Assembly (NCBI GenBank): GCA_002772695.1
Contig: PFDI01000006.1
Location: 1,214-65,213, forward strand
Length of the DNA: 64,000 nt
DNA from: Candidatus Pacebacteria bacterium CG10_big_fil_rev_8_21_14_0_10_44_54
Lineage (GTDB): Bacteria > Patescibacteriota > Microgenomatia > UBA1400 > PJMF01
Reading direction: 5' to 3'
A program made the position numbers and the translations under genes. The notes beneath the pieces were generated by a model, which did no database searches, had not been told where the DNA came from, and saw only the letters and a list, made by a program, of their open reading frames with translations. Below, one piece after another: positions 48,763 to 58,868 of the stretch (its first letter is position 1; every line of letters starts with the position of its first letter).

Positions 48763-49446
48763 TTATTTTTTCTTAGCAGGTGCTTTTTTTGTGGATACTT
48801 TTGTTTTTGCTTTGGTTGTTGGGCTTTTTTTGACTAATTTACTTACAGCAGCTTTTGGCTCTACAGACTTTTTGGCTGGCTTTTTTGCGTCAGGCTTCTT
48901 GACCGCAGTAAGTCGCGCTTGTTCTTCTGCAATTTTTGCCGCTTCCTCAGCCTCTACCTGCGCAATTGATTTGAGAGAGATATGCTTTAGCTCAACAATA
49001 TTTGAAATTTGCACGAGCGCGGCAAAAGTAGTGTATACATTTGAAGCTTGGTTTTGTGTCCCCAAAATCTTGCTTGAAATATCTCGAATCCCTGCAGCCT
49101 CTACAACTGCTCGGACGGGACCTCCCGCAATAACTCCCGAACCCTTTGGCGCTGGTTTGAGTAAAACTTGTCCTGCACCTTTTTTCATAAGGATGCGAAA
49201 TGGAATCGTCGTACCGTCAATCGGAACTGTTATGAATTTCTTCTTGGCTTTCTTAATACCCTTTTGAATTGCAGTCACTACATCACTCGCTTTGCCAAGC
49301 CCAACACCAACTTTGCCTTTTCGGTCACCAACAACCATCAATACTGAAAAGCCAACCTTACTCCCACCTTTTGTTTTTTTGGAAACGCGAGAGATCTGGA
49401 TCACCTTTTCGTCGTACTCTGATGCCTGATTATGTTGTTCTACCAT
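48763..49446 (-). CDS. rpsE: 30S ribosomal protein S5 with a Lys/Ala-rich tail
   Basis: [29 protein letters not shown]; start MVEQ at 49446. Confidence 0.96.
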   Translation of the reverse strand: MVEQHNQASEYDEKVIQISRVSKKTKGGSKVGFSVLMVVGDRKGKVGVGLGKASDVVTAIQKGIKKAKKKFITVPIDGTTIPFRILMKKGAGQVLLKPAPKGSGVIAGGPVRAVVEAAGIRDISSKILGTQNQASNVYTTFAALVQISNIVELKHISLKSIAQVEAEEAAKIAEEQARLTAVKKPDAKKPAKKSVEPKAAVSKLVKKSPTTKAKTKVSTKKAPAKKK

Positions 49447-49453
49447 ACGGATC

Positions 49454-49816
49454 CTATATTGTAATGCCTTCTGCTCGTAATGTCTGGACAAACTCACGAA
49501 TCCTACCAAGATATGGATACTGTCCACGATCAAAAATTGCAGTTGTAATCTTTCGCTTTTGCAGCTCTGCTGCTACTGTTGCCGCAATCTTCTTGCCAGC
49601 TTGAGTTTTAGTCTCGACCTTTTTCTTGGCAGATTGTGACTTTGTATGCATGCCGAAGAGTGTTTTTTGTGCAGCATCATCTATAACCTGTACCAAAAGA
49701 TGCTTGTTGGAGCGCGAGACAGAAATTCTCGGTCGAACCGCAGTACCAAAAAGTTTGGCACGCACTCTACGTTGGCGCACTTGGTTTCGAGTCAATCTGT
49801 GAAAATCTTGTGTCAT
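49454..49816 (-). CDS. rplR: 50S ribosomal protein L18
   Basis: RPR.SV.RSNKH..Q.IDD, FDRG.Y.Y.GR. Confidence 0.96.
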   Translation of the reverse strand: MTQDFHRLTRNQVRQRRVRAKLFGTAVRPRISVSRSNKHLLVQVIDDAAQKTLFGMHTKSQSAKKKVETKTQAGKKIAATVAAELQKRKITTAIFDRGQYPYLGRIREFVQTLRAEGITI

Positions 49817-49833
49817 GATGATGTTCTTATAGC

Positions 49834-50373
49834 TTATGCAGCCGCTGCCTTACCTTGTTTGCGCTTGACTTTCTCACTCTCATATCTGATGCCCTTGCCT
49901 TTATACGGCTCAGGTGGTCGCTTTGAGCGAAGTTCTGCCGCTAGTTGTCCTACCTGCTGCTTGTCTATGCCAGTGATAATAATTGTTTCTGTATCTGGTA
50001 CTTCAAACTTAATCCCAGGGACAGCATCTTGTGTGATCGGATGTGAAAATCCCAGAGCAAGTGAAATACCCGCACCTTTGGATTGCGCCCTATAACCAGT
50101 GCCAACAAGTTTGAGCGTTTTAGTAAAACCTTCGCTCACGCCCACAATTGCGTTCTGCAGTAGACTTCTGATCAGACCATGATTTGCCCTACTTTGCCTA
50201 GTGTCATTGGCCCTGTTTACCGTTATTTCTTCTGGCGTTTGGCTAAATGAAATACCTGTTGGTATCGCCACCACCAACGCTCCTTTTGGTCCCACCACCC
50301 GCATTTCACCATCTGCTTGAGTGAGCGTTACTCCAGAGGGGATGCTGATTGGGGTGCGTCCGATTTTTGACAT
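49834..50373 (-). CDS. rplF: 50S ribosomal protein L6
   Basis: MSKIGR.PI, GTGYRA, RPPEPYKGKGIRY. Confidence 0.97.
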   Translation of the reverse strand: MSKIGRTPISIPSGVTLTQADGEMRVVGPKGALVVAIPTGISFSQTPEEITVNRANDTRQSRANHGLIRSLLQNAIVGVSEGFTKTLKLVGTGYRAQSKGAGISLALGFSHPITQDAVPGIKFEVPDTETIIITGIDKQQVGQLAAELRSKRPPEPYKGKGIRYESEKVKRKQGKAAAA

Positions 50374-50376
50374 AAT

Positions 50377-50766
50377 TTACCAAACTTGACAGAGCAATTC
50401 TCCGCCCACTTTTCTTTTTCGTGCTTCCTTATCTGACAACAAACCCTGATTGGTGGAAAGAATAGTAATGCCATATCCACCCAATGCCCGAGGAATTTTG
50501 TTGGCTGGAGCGTAAACACGACGACCAGGCTTCGAGATTCTTTTAACGTCATTGACTACCGAAACTCGATTGTTGTACTTGAGCTTGACGTGTAGAGCTG
50601 GAAACTGACCACTTGTAATCTGCTCAATCTTGGTGATGTAACCCTCTTGTACCAAAATCTCCCCAAGCGAGTAACGCATTTTTGAATACGGCATCTCGAC
50701 CGTATCGTGATTCGCACGAAGTGCATTCTTAATTCTAATTAGAAAATCTGCAATTGGATCTGTCAT
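50377..50766 (-). CDS. rpsH: 30S ribosomal protein S8
   Basis: TDPIAD.L.RIKN, SKPGRRVY, GGE.LC.VW. Confidence 0.97.
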   Translation of the reverse strand: MTDPIADFLIRIKNALRANHDTVEMPYSKMRYSLGEILVQEGYITKIEQITSGQFPALHVKLKYNNRVSVVNDVKRISKPGRRVYAPANKIPRALGGYGITILSTNQGLLSDKEARKRKVGGELLCQVW

Positions 50767-50768
50767 GT

Positions 50769-50999
50769 TTATTTACTTGCCTTTACAACACCAGGCAATT
50801 CGCCTTTAAGCGCTAACTCTCTAAATGTTAAACGACTGAGCCCAAAGTAACGCATATATGCCTTTGGTCGACCGGTTATTTTACACCGGTTTACCCCTCG
50901 AGTCGAGAAGCGATTGTATTTTTTTTCGCCTGACAACAAAAGTGCCTGTCGCTTTTGTAGCAACTTCTTTGATTTAGCGATTTTAGATTTCTTTGCCAT
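50769..50999 (-). CDS. rpsN: 30S ribosomal protein S14
   Basis: NRC..TGRP, FGLSR..FRE.A..G.LPGV.KAS. Confidence 0.95.
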   Translation of the reverse strand: MAKKSKIAKSKKLLQKRQALLLSGEKKYNRFSTRGVNRCKITGRPKAYMRYFGLSRLTFRELALKGELPGVVKASK

Positions 51000-51016
51000 A
51001 CCCTCTTCTCTGTCTA

Positions 51017-51580
51017 CTACTTAGTATCTACTTCTTTTGCAAACGGCATACCCAATAACGTTAGTAATTGCAGTGCGTCTTCGTTCTTTTCAGCAGTTGA
51101 AACAAACACTGCTTGAAAACTACGAATACTCTCTACCATATCATAGCTCACCTCTGGAAAAATTATCTGCTCTTCAATACCTAGGCTGTAATTGCCATTA
51201 CCATCAAAACCTGTTTTGGAAACACCTTGGAAGTCTTTAACACGAGGGAGTGCGACTGCAATAAGTTTTTCCAGAAATTGCCACATTCGCTTGCCACGCA
51301 AGGTGACTTTTACCCCAAGCGGATCTCCTTCCCGCAACTTGAAGCTGGCGATTGATTTGCGTGCGAGGGTGATGTTTGGCTTTTGGCCAGAAATAACCAT
51401 AAACTGCTGGACAATATTTTCGAGGGCTTGTTTTCGGGCTCGAGGTTCCTGCGGATCTTTGACTCCCATATTGAGCACTATCTTGAGTAATCTTGGTACT
51501 GCAAAATCACTCTGAACGTCCATCTCTTTTTTGAGTTGTGGCACAACTGTCTCTAGGTAGTATTGTTGTAGCGCTGTCAT
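51017..51580 (-). CDS. rplE: 50S ribosomal protein L5
   Basis: KIV.NMG, GQKP, FKLREG, LPRVKDF, FDGNGNY. Confidence 0.97.
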   Translation of the reverse strand: MTALQQYYLETVVPQLKKEMDVQSDFAVPRLLKIVLNMGVKDPQEPRARKQALENIVQQFMVISGQKPNITLARKSIASFKLREGDPLGVKVTLRGKRMWQFLEKLIAVALPRVKDFQGVSKTGFDGNGNYSLGIEEQIIFPEVSYDMVESIRSFQAVFVSTAEKNEDALQLLTLLGMPFAKEVDTK

Positions 51581-51918
51581 TTTGATTTCTTTTTCTCTAC
51601 TTTAGGCATCGGTGCTACAGCACCAGATTTTTTGAATATTCTGGTTTTGTGACCATCTTTGGTAAGCTCATATCCAATTCTGTCTGGCTTACCTGCGTCA
51701 TTGAGTACTGCGATCTTACTCATTGCGAGGGGTCGCTCGACTTTGCGAATTTCTCCGGCCTGACCCTGTCTTGGTTTGACGTGACGAGAGTAAAGATTTG
51801 CACCAGGCACAATCACCTTGCGTTGTTTTGGCAATATGCGGGCAATTTCGCCAATCATACCCTTATCTCTTCCAGAGGTGACAACAACTTTGTCGCCGAC
51901 AAATACTTTCATACTCAT
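51577..51918 (-). CDS. rplX: 50S ribosomal protein L24
   Basis: GDKV.V..GRDKG KOW motif, HVKP. Confidence 0.95.
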   Translation of the reverse strand: MSMKVFVGDKVVVTSGRDKGMIGEIARILPKQRKVIVPGANLYSRHVKPRQGQAGEIRKVERPLAMSKIAVLNDAGKPDRIGYELTKDGHKTRIFKKSGAVAPMPKVEKKKSK

Positions 51919-52289
51919 AAAACCTCAGGCGCTAAACTTGCAATTTTACTAAAACCTCTATTTTTTACTTCCCTACCAATTGGACCAAATACACGAGTAC
52001 CAATCGGATTGACGCTTTTTCTCGACTCAATAATAACTGCTGCATTATCGTCGAATCTGACATACGTACCATTATTACGACGAAACTCTTTGCGGGTACG
52101 AACTATCACAGCCTTGACCATCTCGCCACGCTTGATATTTGACTGCGGGTCAGCAACGATAACAGAAGCTGCGACAATATCCCCAATATAACCAAATCGT
52201 CGCTTCGAACCACCATGTACCTGAATGACGCGCAAACGCTTGGCACCGCTGTTATCACTAACGGCTAGTACAGATCTCAGTTGAATCAT
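51915..52289 (-). CDS. rplN: 50S ribosomal protein L14
   Basis: MIQ, DNSGA, FDDNAAV, GTRVFGP, SLAPEVL. Confidence 0.97.
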   Translation of the reverse strand: MIQLRSVLAVSDNSGAKRLRVIQVHGGSKRRFGYIGDIVAASVIVADPQSNIKRGEMVKAVIVRTRKEFRRNNGTYVRFDDNAAVIIESRKSVNPIGTRVFGPIGREVKNRGFSKIASLAPEVL

Positions 52290-52525
52290 GCTGCCTTTGC
52301 CACAAGTTCTAGTACTCTGAATCGCTTGGTTTTGCTCATTGGTCGACACGACTCAATAATGACTTCAGCACCTTCCACCAACTTCATATCAACATAATGA
52401 CATGCATACTGCTTGGTTCTCTTTACGGATTTTCCGTACATTGGATGTTGCCACTGCCTAGTTACAGTAACCTGCGCAGTATTTGGCGTCTTTATCGCAG
52501 TAATCACTCCTTGTAGTTGCTTCAT
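52286..52525 (-). CDS. rpsQ: 30S ribosomal protein S17
   Basis: HP.YGK, E.CRP.SKTKRF. Confidence 0.95.
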   Translation of the reverse strand: MKQLQGVITAIKTPNTAQVTVTRQWQHPMYGKSVKRTKQYACHYVDMKLVEGAEVIIESCRPMSKTKRFRVLELVAKAA

Positions 52526-52728
52526 GTTGTTGCCTTTTCTTTTTCCCTGAGAACTGTGAGTACGCGCGCAATATCTTTGGCCAAATGCGTCACCTGCGCT
52601 GTGTTGGCTAGTTTGCCGGCAAACTTTTGCATGCGCAATGAAATAAATGATTTCCTCAATGCAGCAAGCTTCGTTGTCAATTCGGCTGACTCAAGTTCGT
52701 GTAGTTTGTGAATATCAGTTTTTTTCAT
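52522..52728 (-). CDS. rpmC: 50S ribosomal protein L29
   Basis: KDIAR.LT motif; position between rplP and rpsQ. Confidence 0.92.
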   Translation of the reverse strand: MKKTDIHKLHELESAELTTKLAALRKSFISLRMQKFAGKLANTAQVTHLAKDIARVLTVLREKEKATT

Positions 52729-52731
52729 GTT

Positions 52732-53136
52732 TTATTTCTTCAAAAATGTTGTTTTCACCGATAATTTGTGCCCCGCTTTTCGAAAAGCAATTCTCGCCGT
52801 GTCTTCAGTCACACCAGAAAGCTCAAATAAGACTACTCCGGATTTGACAACTGCCACATGCTCCTCTACCGCGCCTTTGCCTGATCCCATCTTTACCCCA
52901 ACTGGCTTTTTAGTAATTGGCTTGTGTGGAAAAACTCGAATCCAGTACTTGCCTGCCCGTTTAGTCATAAAAGTTATCTTCTTGCGTGCTGCCTCTATTT
53001 GACGTCCAGTCACCCAACCCGTGCTGATGGCTTGCAAACCAAAATCTCCAAATGCAATATCAGCACCTCGAGTGGAAATGCCTCGACGTTTACCTCGAAA
53101 CTGTTTGCGGTATTTTTCTTTTTTTGGTTGCAACAT
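52732..53136 (-). CDS. rplP: 50S ribosomal protein L16
   Basis: MLQPK..KYRK, QIEAAR, WIR.FP, MGSGKG. Confidence 0.97.
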   Translation of the reverse strand: MLQPKKEKYRKQFRGKRRGISTRGADIAFGDFGLQAISTGWVTGRQIEAARKKITFMTKRAGKYWIRVFPHKPITKKPVGVKMGSGKGAVEEHVAVVKSGVVLFELSGVTEDTARIAFRKAGHKLSVKTTFLKK

Positions 53137-53138
53137 AC

Positions 53139-53789
53139 CTAAACTACCTCGCCTTTATAGATCCATACCTTTATACCGACGAATCCTGAACGAGTTCGCG
53201 CGGCTTCTTGGAAATAATCTATATTTGCTCGCAAAGTCTGTGTGGGAACACTACCTTTTGAGTACTTTTCATTTCTACCAATTTCTGCTCCACCAATTCT
53301 GCCAGAAAGGGAAATTTTTACCCCTTGCGCACCCGCTTGCATCACTCGGTCAATCGCTTGTGAAACAGCTCGACGATGTGGATAGCGCTTAATAAGTTGG
53401 TTTTGAATGCGCTCGACGACAAGTTTTGCACTCAAATCTGGCTTATTGACTTCCTCTACTCGCAAATCTATCTTGACTCGGTCCTTTTTGAGTTTAGCAA
53501 CATTAAGTAATCGCTCGACATCTTTCTTGACTTCCTCAAGATTTGCGCCGCCCCTACCGATAACTACTCCTGGACGAGAAACATATAAAACTATTTTTAT
53601 CACCGTCAGAGAGCGCTCAATGTCAATTTGGACCACACCTGCCGTCAAGAGTTTCTTCTTGAGCTGTGAACGTAAGCGAAAATCTTCGATTACAGTATCA
53701 CTATACTCTGCAGGCTCCGCAAACCAACGAGACTTCCAGCCGAAAGTGTTGCCGACACGAAAACCAGTTGGATGTACTTTTTGTCCCAT
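53139..53789 (-). CDS. rpsC: 30S ribosomal protein S3
   Basis: MGQKVHP.GFR, RPGVVIG, GR.GGAEI.R, P..TLRA.IDY. Confidence 0.97.
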   Translation of the reverse strand: MGQKVHPTGFRVGNTFGWKSRWFAEPAEYSDTVIEDFRLRSQLKKKLLTAGVVQIDIERSLTVIKIVLYVSRPGVVIGRGGANLEEVKKDVERLLNVAKLKKDRVKIDLRVEEVNKPDLSAKLVVERIQNQLIKRYPHRRAVSQAIDRVMQAGAQGVKISLSGRIGGAEIGRNEKYSKGSVPTQTLRANIDYFQEAARTRSGFVGIKVWIYKGEVV

Positions 53790-53813
53790 ATTTTTTGCCA
53801 GAGGGGTATTGTA

Positions 53814-54266
53814 CTACACTCTCTTACTTTTTACTCGACTTTTTTGCTTGGTTGTTACTTTTTTTACAGCGGTTTTTCTCGGTTTCTTTGCTGGAGCCAC
53901 CTTTGCTTCTTTTGCTTCTGTAGCTGGCTTCTCGACAATCTCTTCTAGCTCCAAAACTACATGGCTAGCCAACTTGACAATGCTGTGAGCACGTCCTCTA
54001 CTAACAGCGCGAAATCGCTTATAACGTGGCCCTTCATTGATTTGGAGTGACTTAATTTTAAGTTGATCAGCAGTGATATTGTGATTGTGTTGTGCATTTG
54101 CCAAAGCTTGACGAAATACCTTGAGCAAAACAACTGCAGAGCGACGCTCAATTACAGCAAGCTGTCTTAGTGCTTGTTCGACAGAAAGTCCGCGAACTGC
54201 GTCTGCTGCGAAACGAATTTTTCTTGGTGTTTGTCTGGTATTTTTTTGTACTGCACGAATAATCAT
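53814..54266 (-). CDS. rplV: 50S ribosomal protein L22 with a Lys-rich tail
   Basis: PRK.R..A..VRG, A.ANA, EGP..KR....RGRA. Confidence 0.96.
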   Translation of the reverse strand: MIIRAVQKNTRQTPRKIRFAADAVRGLSVEQALRQLAVIERRSAVVLLKVFRQALANAQHNHNITADQLKIKSLQINEGPRYKRFRAVSRGRAHSIVKLASHVVLELEEIVEKPATEAKEAKVAPAKKPRKTAVKKVTTKQKSRVKSKRV

Positions 54267-54273
54267 AAGTGTT

Positions 54274-54558
54274 TTAGGTCTTAGTCAGGACTCTCTTTAC
54301 AATTCTGCCGTGTCCACGGAATGTTCTGGTTGGGGCAAATTCACCAAGCTTGTGGCCGACCATAGCTTCGCTGACAAATACTTCTATAAATACCTTGCCT
54401 TGATGAACTAAAAATGTGTGACCAACAAAATCTGGACTAATCACTGAGTGTCGACTCCAGGTCTTAATGGCTGTTTTATCGCCACTTTGCTTCTGCTTCA
54501 TTACCTTACTAAGCAATTTTGGATCTACGTATGGTCCTTTTTTACTTGATCTGGACAT
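54274..54558 (-). CDS. rpsS: 30S ribosomal protein S19
   Basis: [25 protein letters not shown]. Confidence 0.97.
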   Translation of the reverse strand: MSRSSKKGPYVDPKLLSKVMKQKQSGDKTAIKTWSRHSVISPDFVGHTFLVHQGKVFIEVFVSEAMVGHKLGEFAPTRTFRGHGRIVKRVLTKT

Positions 54559-54560
54559 GA

Positions 54561-55397
54561 TTATTTTTTGCTCCGTCTATCTCGTACAATATATTTTTTA
54601 CTTGTCTTTCGCTTACTTCTAGTTTTTTTACCAAATGCATGCTTGCCCCATGGTGTCTTCGGGTACTTCATGCCAACACCACTCCTACCTTCGCCACCAC
54701 CATGAGGGTGACTGCCAGGGTGCTGCGCTGTACCTCTTACTGTAGGACGAATACCGAGCAATCGCTTTCTACCAGCTTTGCCAAGCTTACGACCCTTCCA
54801 CTCTGGGTTACCAACCTGGCCGATTGTAGCCAAACACTCTCGTTTTAGCAATCGAAGTTCTTTTGAAGGCAGTAATACAACAACAAACTTGCCTTCTTTT
54901 GATTGAATTACTGCACTTGCTCCAGCACCACGAACAATCTGAGCCCCTTTGCCAGGCATAATCTCGAGATTGTGGATGGGTACGCCGACAGGAATCTTCG
55001 CCATTGGCAATGCGTTGCCAGGTTTAATCTCGGCTTTCTCACCTACCAAAACTGTATCGCCAGCTTGTAGGCCTTCCGGTGCAAGTTGATATTTTTTATC
55101 ACCATCTGGATAATGAATGAGTGCCAAGTGCGCGCTTCGCATGGGATCATACTCGATGCGTTGTACTACACCTGGGATTTCCCGCTTACTACGCCTCCAA
55201 TCAATAATTCTCATTCGTTTTTTGACTCCACCACCACGATGGCGAACGGTGATATGACCACGAAAACCTCGTCCTTGACGCTTCTTATGACCTGGCACTA
55301 GAAGTGATTTTTCTGGTGAACCCTTGTGCAAGAAAGAGCGATCAACGACAACTTGATTTCTTCTGCCGGCAGTGGTTGGATTTCGTTTCAGTAACAT
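54561..55397 (-). CDS. rplB: 50S ribosomal protein L2
   Basis: [29 protein letters not shown]. Confidence 0.97.
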   Translation of the reverse strand: MLLKRNPTTAGRRNQVVVDRSFLHKGSPEKSLLVPGHKKRQGRGFRGHITVRHRGGGVKKRMRIIDWRRSKREIPGVVQRIEYDPMRSAHLALIHYPDGDKKYQLAPEGLQAGDTVLVGEKAEIKPGNALPMAKIPVGVPIHNLEIMPGKGAQIVRGAGASAVIQSKEGKFVVVLLPSKELRLLKRECLATIGQVGNPEWKGRKLGKAGRKRLLGIRPTVRGTAQHPGSHPHGGGEGRSGVGMKYPKTPWGKHAFGKKTRSKRKTSKKYIVRDRRSKK

Positions 55398-55398
55398 G

Positions 55399-55710
55399 TT
55401 ACTTTACTACCTTCTCCTCTGAGCCTATATTAAATAAATCAATGCTATCACCAGTTTTGAGTGTTACGAGTGCTCGCTTTCTTTTTGCCTTGTGTGACAA
55501 AAGGCGCTTCCTACCAACTCGGTGTGCTCGAGGTTGTTGTGTTACTGTGCGAACCGCAGTAACCGTGACAGGAAAAATTTCTTGAATCGCTTCTCTAACC
55601 TGATTTTTTGTCGTGTGAATTGCAACTTCGAACGTATAGACATTGAGTGTAGAAGCAAGTTTGTACGACTTCTCGGTAATAACTGGTTTTGTAATCGCAA
55701 ATGTTTTCAT
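55399..55710 (-). CDS. rplW: 50S ribosomal protein L23
   Basis: P.ITEKS, YTF.V, K.A.VTL..G. Confidence 0.95.
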   Translation of the reverse strand: MKTFAITKPVITEKSYKLASTLNVYTFEVAIHTTKNQVREAIQEIFPVTVTAVRTVTQQPRAHRVGRKRLLSHKAKRKRALVTLKTGDSIDLFNIGSEEKVVK

Positions 55711-56388
55711 CTATGCCTTTTTGGTCTTTGCTGTAGTCGCAGCGGACTGCTTATTTACAACAGCTTTCTTTGGCTTGGCTGTTTTTGATTTGGCTGTCTT
55801 TGCTATGACAGGCTTTTCAACAACTATCGGCTTGCCAGTAATCCGTGTGTTTACCAAAGCCTTTGACTTTTCAGTAAATAAAATTTTATCAGCTTGCACG
55901 ATATGTAGCGCATTAAGCTGTACAGCCGATACCGAAGTGACTCGAGAGATATTACGAAGAGATCTAATTGATTCTGGAGTGGCTTTTTCTAAAACGACAC
56001 AAATTCTTTGAGCCTTTGGTGCTACCTTATCAAGAACCGCTACTGCCTCTTTTGTTTTGCCACTGAGTTTGTTGAGTTCGGGCACAACAACAATTGCGGC
56101 AGACTGCATCTCGAGTGCAGATTTAAGTGCCATTCGCTTCATTGTCTTTGGTAGAGATCGGTTCCAATTTGCATTGCCAACTGGACCGTGTGCAACACCA
56201 CCACCAACAAAAATGTGTGCCGATTTTGCTCCATGACGCGCTCCACCCGTCCCTTTCTGCTTGTACATCTTCCGCTTAGTAAGATTGACTTCCGAACGTG
56301 TCTTTACCTTACTAGTACCCTGACGCTTGTTGGAGAGTGCAACAGAAACAGCTTGAGAAACGAGTTGTACATTGATGTTTTTTTTCAT
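55711..56388 (-). CDS. rplD: 50S ribosomal protein L4 (N-terminally short)
   Basis: RQGT..KTRSEV, QKGTG.ARHG, GGG.AHGP; ATG at 56388 one base after the rplC stop. Confidence 0.93.
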   Translation of the reverse strand: MKKNINVQLVSQAVSVALSNKRQGTSKVKTRSEVNLTKRKMYKQKGTGGARHGAKSAHIFVGGGVAHGPVGNANWNRSLPKTMKRMALKSALEMQSAAIVVVPELNKLSGKTKEAVAVLDKVAPKAQRICVVLEKATPESIRSLRNISRVTSVSAVQLNALHIVQADKILFTEKSKALVNTRITGKPIVVEKPVIAKTAKSKTAKPKKAVVNKQSAATTAKTKKA

Positions 56389-56389
56389 A

Positions 56390-57121
56390 CTATTTCTCAG
56401 CCTCTGTTGATTCAAGTTCTCGTTCCGCAGCAGCAATGCCAGATGCTACCAAGTTTAGTTTGATCTGTTTTTGGCCACCGTCTTTGCGAATACGAAGTGA
56501 AGAATTAATAGCACCTGGTACTGGGCCACTCAACCAAATTTCATTTTCTTTCTGATCAACATGAACAATCACGAGTCCCGATACTGTGACGGTGTCAACG
56601 CCAGAATGACCGGGCATTCTCTTGCCCTTGTACACCCTACCAGGAGTTGTACCAGCGCCAATGGAACCAACCGCACGAGTTCGATCTGATTGACCATGTG
56701 TCTTTGGTCCACCTTTAAAACCATAACGCTTGACAGCACCAGTGAACCCCCTACCTTTTGATACGCCTTGTACTTTGACTAAATCTCCTACCGCTAGATA
56801 GTCGAGCGCAGAAACTGAAGTTCCAACTTTGGGGACTTTTATTTCTTCGGTTTCCTCAAAACTGCTACCGCGCAAAAACTCAGCACCAAGAGAAAAGCCG
56901 CTTTTTGCAAGTTGTGCGCGAAGTGGCTTCTTCATATTTTGGAGCTTTTTTTTGCCATAACCAAGAGTTATTTCAAACGAATTTGGTGTTTTGAGTTCTT
57001 TTGAACCAATAACCAAGTTTTTATCTGCACGACAACGAGTGACAGCAATGCGCTTACCAGCTGTATTCCAGGCTTGTGTCATGCCAATTTTGGTCACAAA
57101 AATATCTTGCATACGTATCAT
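56390..57121 (-). CDS. rplC: 50S ribosomal protein L3
   Basis: KIGMTQ, SKGRGF.G.VKR, HG, GSIG....PGRV.KGKRMPG. Confidence 0.97.
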   Translation of the reverse strand: MIRMQDIFVTKIGMTQAWNTAGKRIAVTRCRADKNLVIGSKELKTPNSFEITLGYGKKKLQNMKKPLRAQLAKSGFSLGAEFLRGSSFEETEEIKVPKVGTSVSALDYLAVGDLVKVQGVSKGRGFTGAVKRYGFKGGPKTHGQSDRTRAVGSIGAGTTPGRVYKGKRMPGHSGVDTVTVSGLVIVHVDQKENEIWLSGPVPGAINSSLRIRKDGGQKQIKLNLVASGIAAAERELESTEAEK

Positions 57122-57157
57122 TATTTCTTTGTTGTGCTGTTGACAGCAAATATCCCC

Positions 57158-57490
57158 CTACATTTTTATCTGAATCGAAACACCGGCAGGCAATTCTAAA
57201 TGCATCAGTGAGTCAATGGTTTTACTTGTTGGGTTAACTATATCGAGCATGCGCTTGTGTGTTCTAATCTCATAGTGCTCTTGAGCATTCTTGTCTGTGT
57301 GTGGAGAAGTTAAAACAGTAAAGTCACGAATGTGTGTCGGAAGCGGAACTGGACCAACCACCTGCGCACCAGTAGAAAGTGTTGTCTCTAGTATTTTCTT
57401 ACTTGCTTCATCAATAACTCGATGATCGTAGGACTTAAGACGAACTCGGATCTTGTTGACTGGTGCCGCTGTTTTTGCTTGTTTTGCCAT
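57158..57490 (-). CDS. rpsJ: 30S ribosomal protein S10
   Basis: [30 protein letters not shown]; start MAKQ at 57490. Confidence 0.96.
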   Translation of the reverse strand: MAKQAKTAAPVNKIRVRLKSYDHRVIDEASKKILETTLSTGAQVVGPVPLPTHIRDFTVLTSPHTDKNAQEHYEIRTHKRMLDIVNPTSKTIDSLMHLELPAGVSIQIKM

Positions 57491-57520
57491 TTGTCTTTCT
57501 CGACTAAATCGTAGGGTGCG

Positions 57521-57549
57521 ATTATACAAACAATTTCTCGAGAAGTAAA
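57521..57549 (-). promoter_or_regulatory. S10 operon promoter
   Basis: TTTACT-17 nt-TATAAT on the minus strand. Confidence 0.65.
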
Positions 57550-57581
57550 CCCCGTCACTCGAGATAAGATTGTTTATTTGC

Positions 57582-57618
57582 AAAAAAAAGAAGCGCCCGA
57601 GATTTACTCGAGCGCTTC
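57582..57618 (-). terminator. Intrinsic terminator after tuf
   Basis: GAAGCGCTCGAG-TAAAT-CTCGGGCGCTTC followed by T8. Confidence 0.88.
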
Positions 57619-57633
57619 AATGTTTTCTGTATC

Positions 57634-58830
57634 TTATTTCAAGATTTTTGTAATCGCTCCTGCACCAATTGTGTGCCCACCTTCTCGGATAGCAAAACGC
57701 AATCCTTCGTGCAGCGCTACTGGAACAATTAGTTTTACTGTCATTTTGGCATTATCACCAGGAATAACCATCTCAACGCCATCTGGCAAAGTGATCTCAC
57801 CTGTCACGTCAGTTGTTCTGATATAAAACTGTGGACGATACCCAGTAAAGAATGGCTTGTGACGACCACCCTCTTCTTTAGTCAGAATGTAAACCTCTGC
57901 CTCAAATTCGGTGTGTGGTTTTGCCGTACCTGGCTTGGCCAAAACTTGTCCACGCTCGACATCATCTTTGCCAACACCGCGCAAGAGAATGCCGACGTTG
58001 TCGCCAGCCTCACCTTGATCAAGCATCTTTCGGAACATTTCAACACCTGTGACCGTTGTTTTCTGTGCTTTGTGCAAGCCAACAATTTCAATTTCCTCGC
58101 CAACTTTGACAACACCGGTGGCGATTCTACCAGTAACAACAGTACCCCTCCCTTTGATTGAAAAAACATCTTCGATTGGCATTGAAAAGGGCTTATCAAG
58201 ATCGCGAACTGGATCTGGTACGTACTCGTCAACCGTATTCATGAGCTCCATTACCTTTGCTTGTGCGTCTTTGTCACCTTCTAGTGCCTTGAGTGCGCTA
58301 ACACGAACTATTGGAGTTTTGTCACCATCATAACCATACTTAGTAAGCAGCTCTCTCACTTCCATCTCGACCAAATCAAGCAGTTCTTCATCATCGACCA
58401 TGTCAACTTTATTAAGAGCGACGACAATTTGTGGAACGTTGACTTGCTTTGCCAAGAGAATATGCTCTCGAGTCTGAGGCATTGGTCCATCTGTCGCAGC
58501 AACCACCAAAATCGCGCCATCCATTTGAGCTGCACCAGTAATCATGTTCTTGATGTAGTCGGCGTGACCAGGGGCATCGATGTGTGCGTAGTGACGTTTT
58601 TCTGTTTCGTACTCAAGGTGAGAAATATTGATAGTAACACCGCGAGCTGCTTCTTCGGGTGCGTTATCAATATCACCGTATCCCATAGCTTTGTTGATGT
58701 CTGACGGCATATTCGCAGCAAGCGTGGTAGTAATCGCCGCCGAAAGCGTTGTCTTTCCGTGATCAACATGACCAATCGTCCCGATGTTTACATGTTGTTT
58801 GTTGCGAACAAATTTTTTTGCATCTGCCAT
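57634..58830 (-). CDS. tuf: Elongation factor Tu
   Basis: [32 protein letters not shown]. Confidence 0.98.
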   Translation of the reverse strand: MADAKKFVRNKQHVNIGTIGHVDHGKTTLSAAITTTLAANMPSDINKAMGYGDIDNAPEEAARGVTINISHLEYETEKRHYAHIDAPGHADYIKNMITGAAQMDGAILVVAATDGPMPQTREHILLAKQVNVPQIVVALNKVDMVDDEELLDLVEMEVRELLTKYGYDGDKTPIVRVSALKALEGDKDAQAKVMELMNTVDEYVPDPVRDLDKPFSMPIEDVFSIKGRGTVVTGRIATGVVKVGEEIEIVGLHKAQKTTVTGVEMFRKMLDQGEAGDNVGILLRGVGKDDVERGQVLAKPGTAKPHTEFEAEVYILTKEEGGRHKPFFTGYRPQFYIRTTDVTGEITLPDGVEMVIPGDNAKMTVKLIVPVALHEGLRFAIREGGHTIGAGAITKILK

Positions 58831-58868
58831 TTTGCCTCCGATTTTTATACTTTCAAACTACTACTAAA

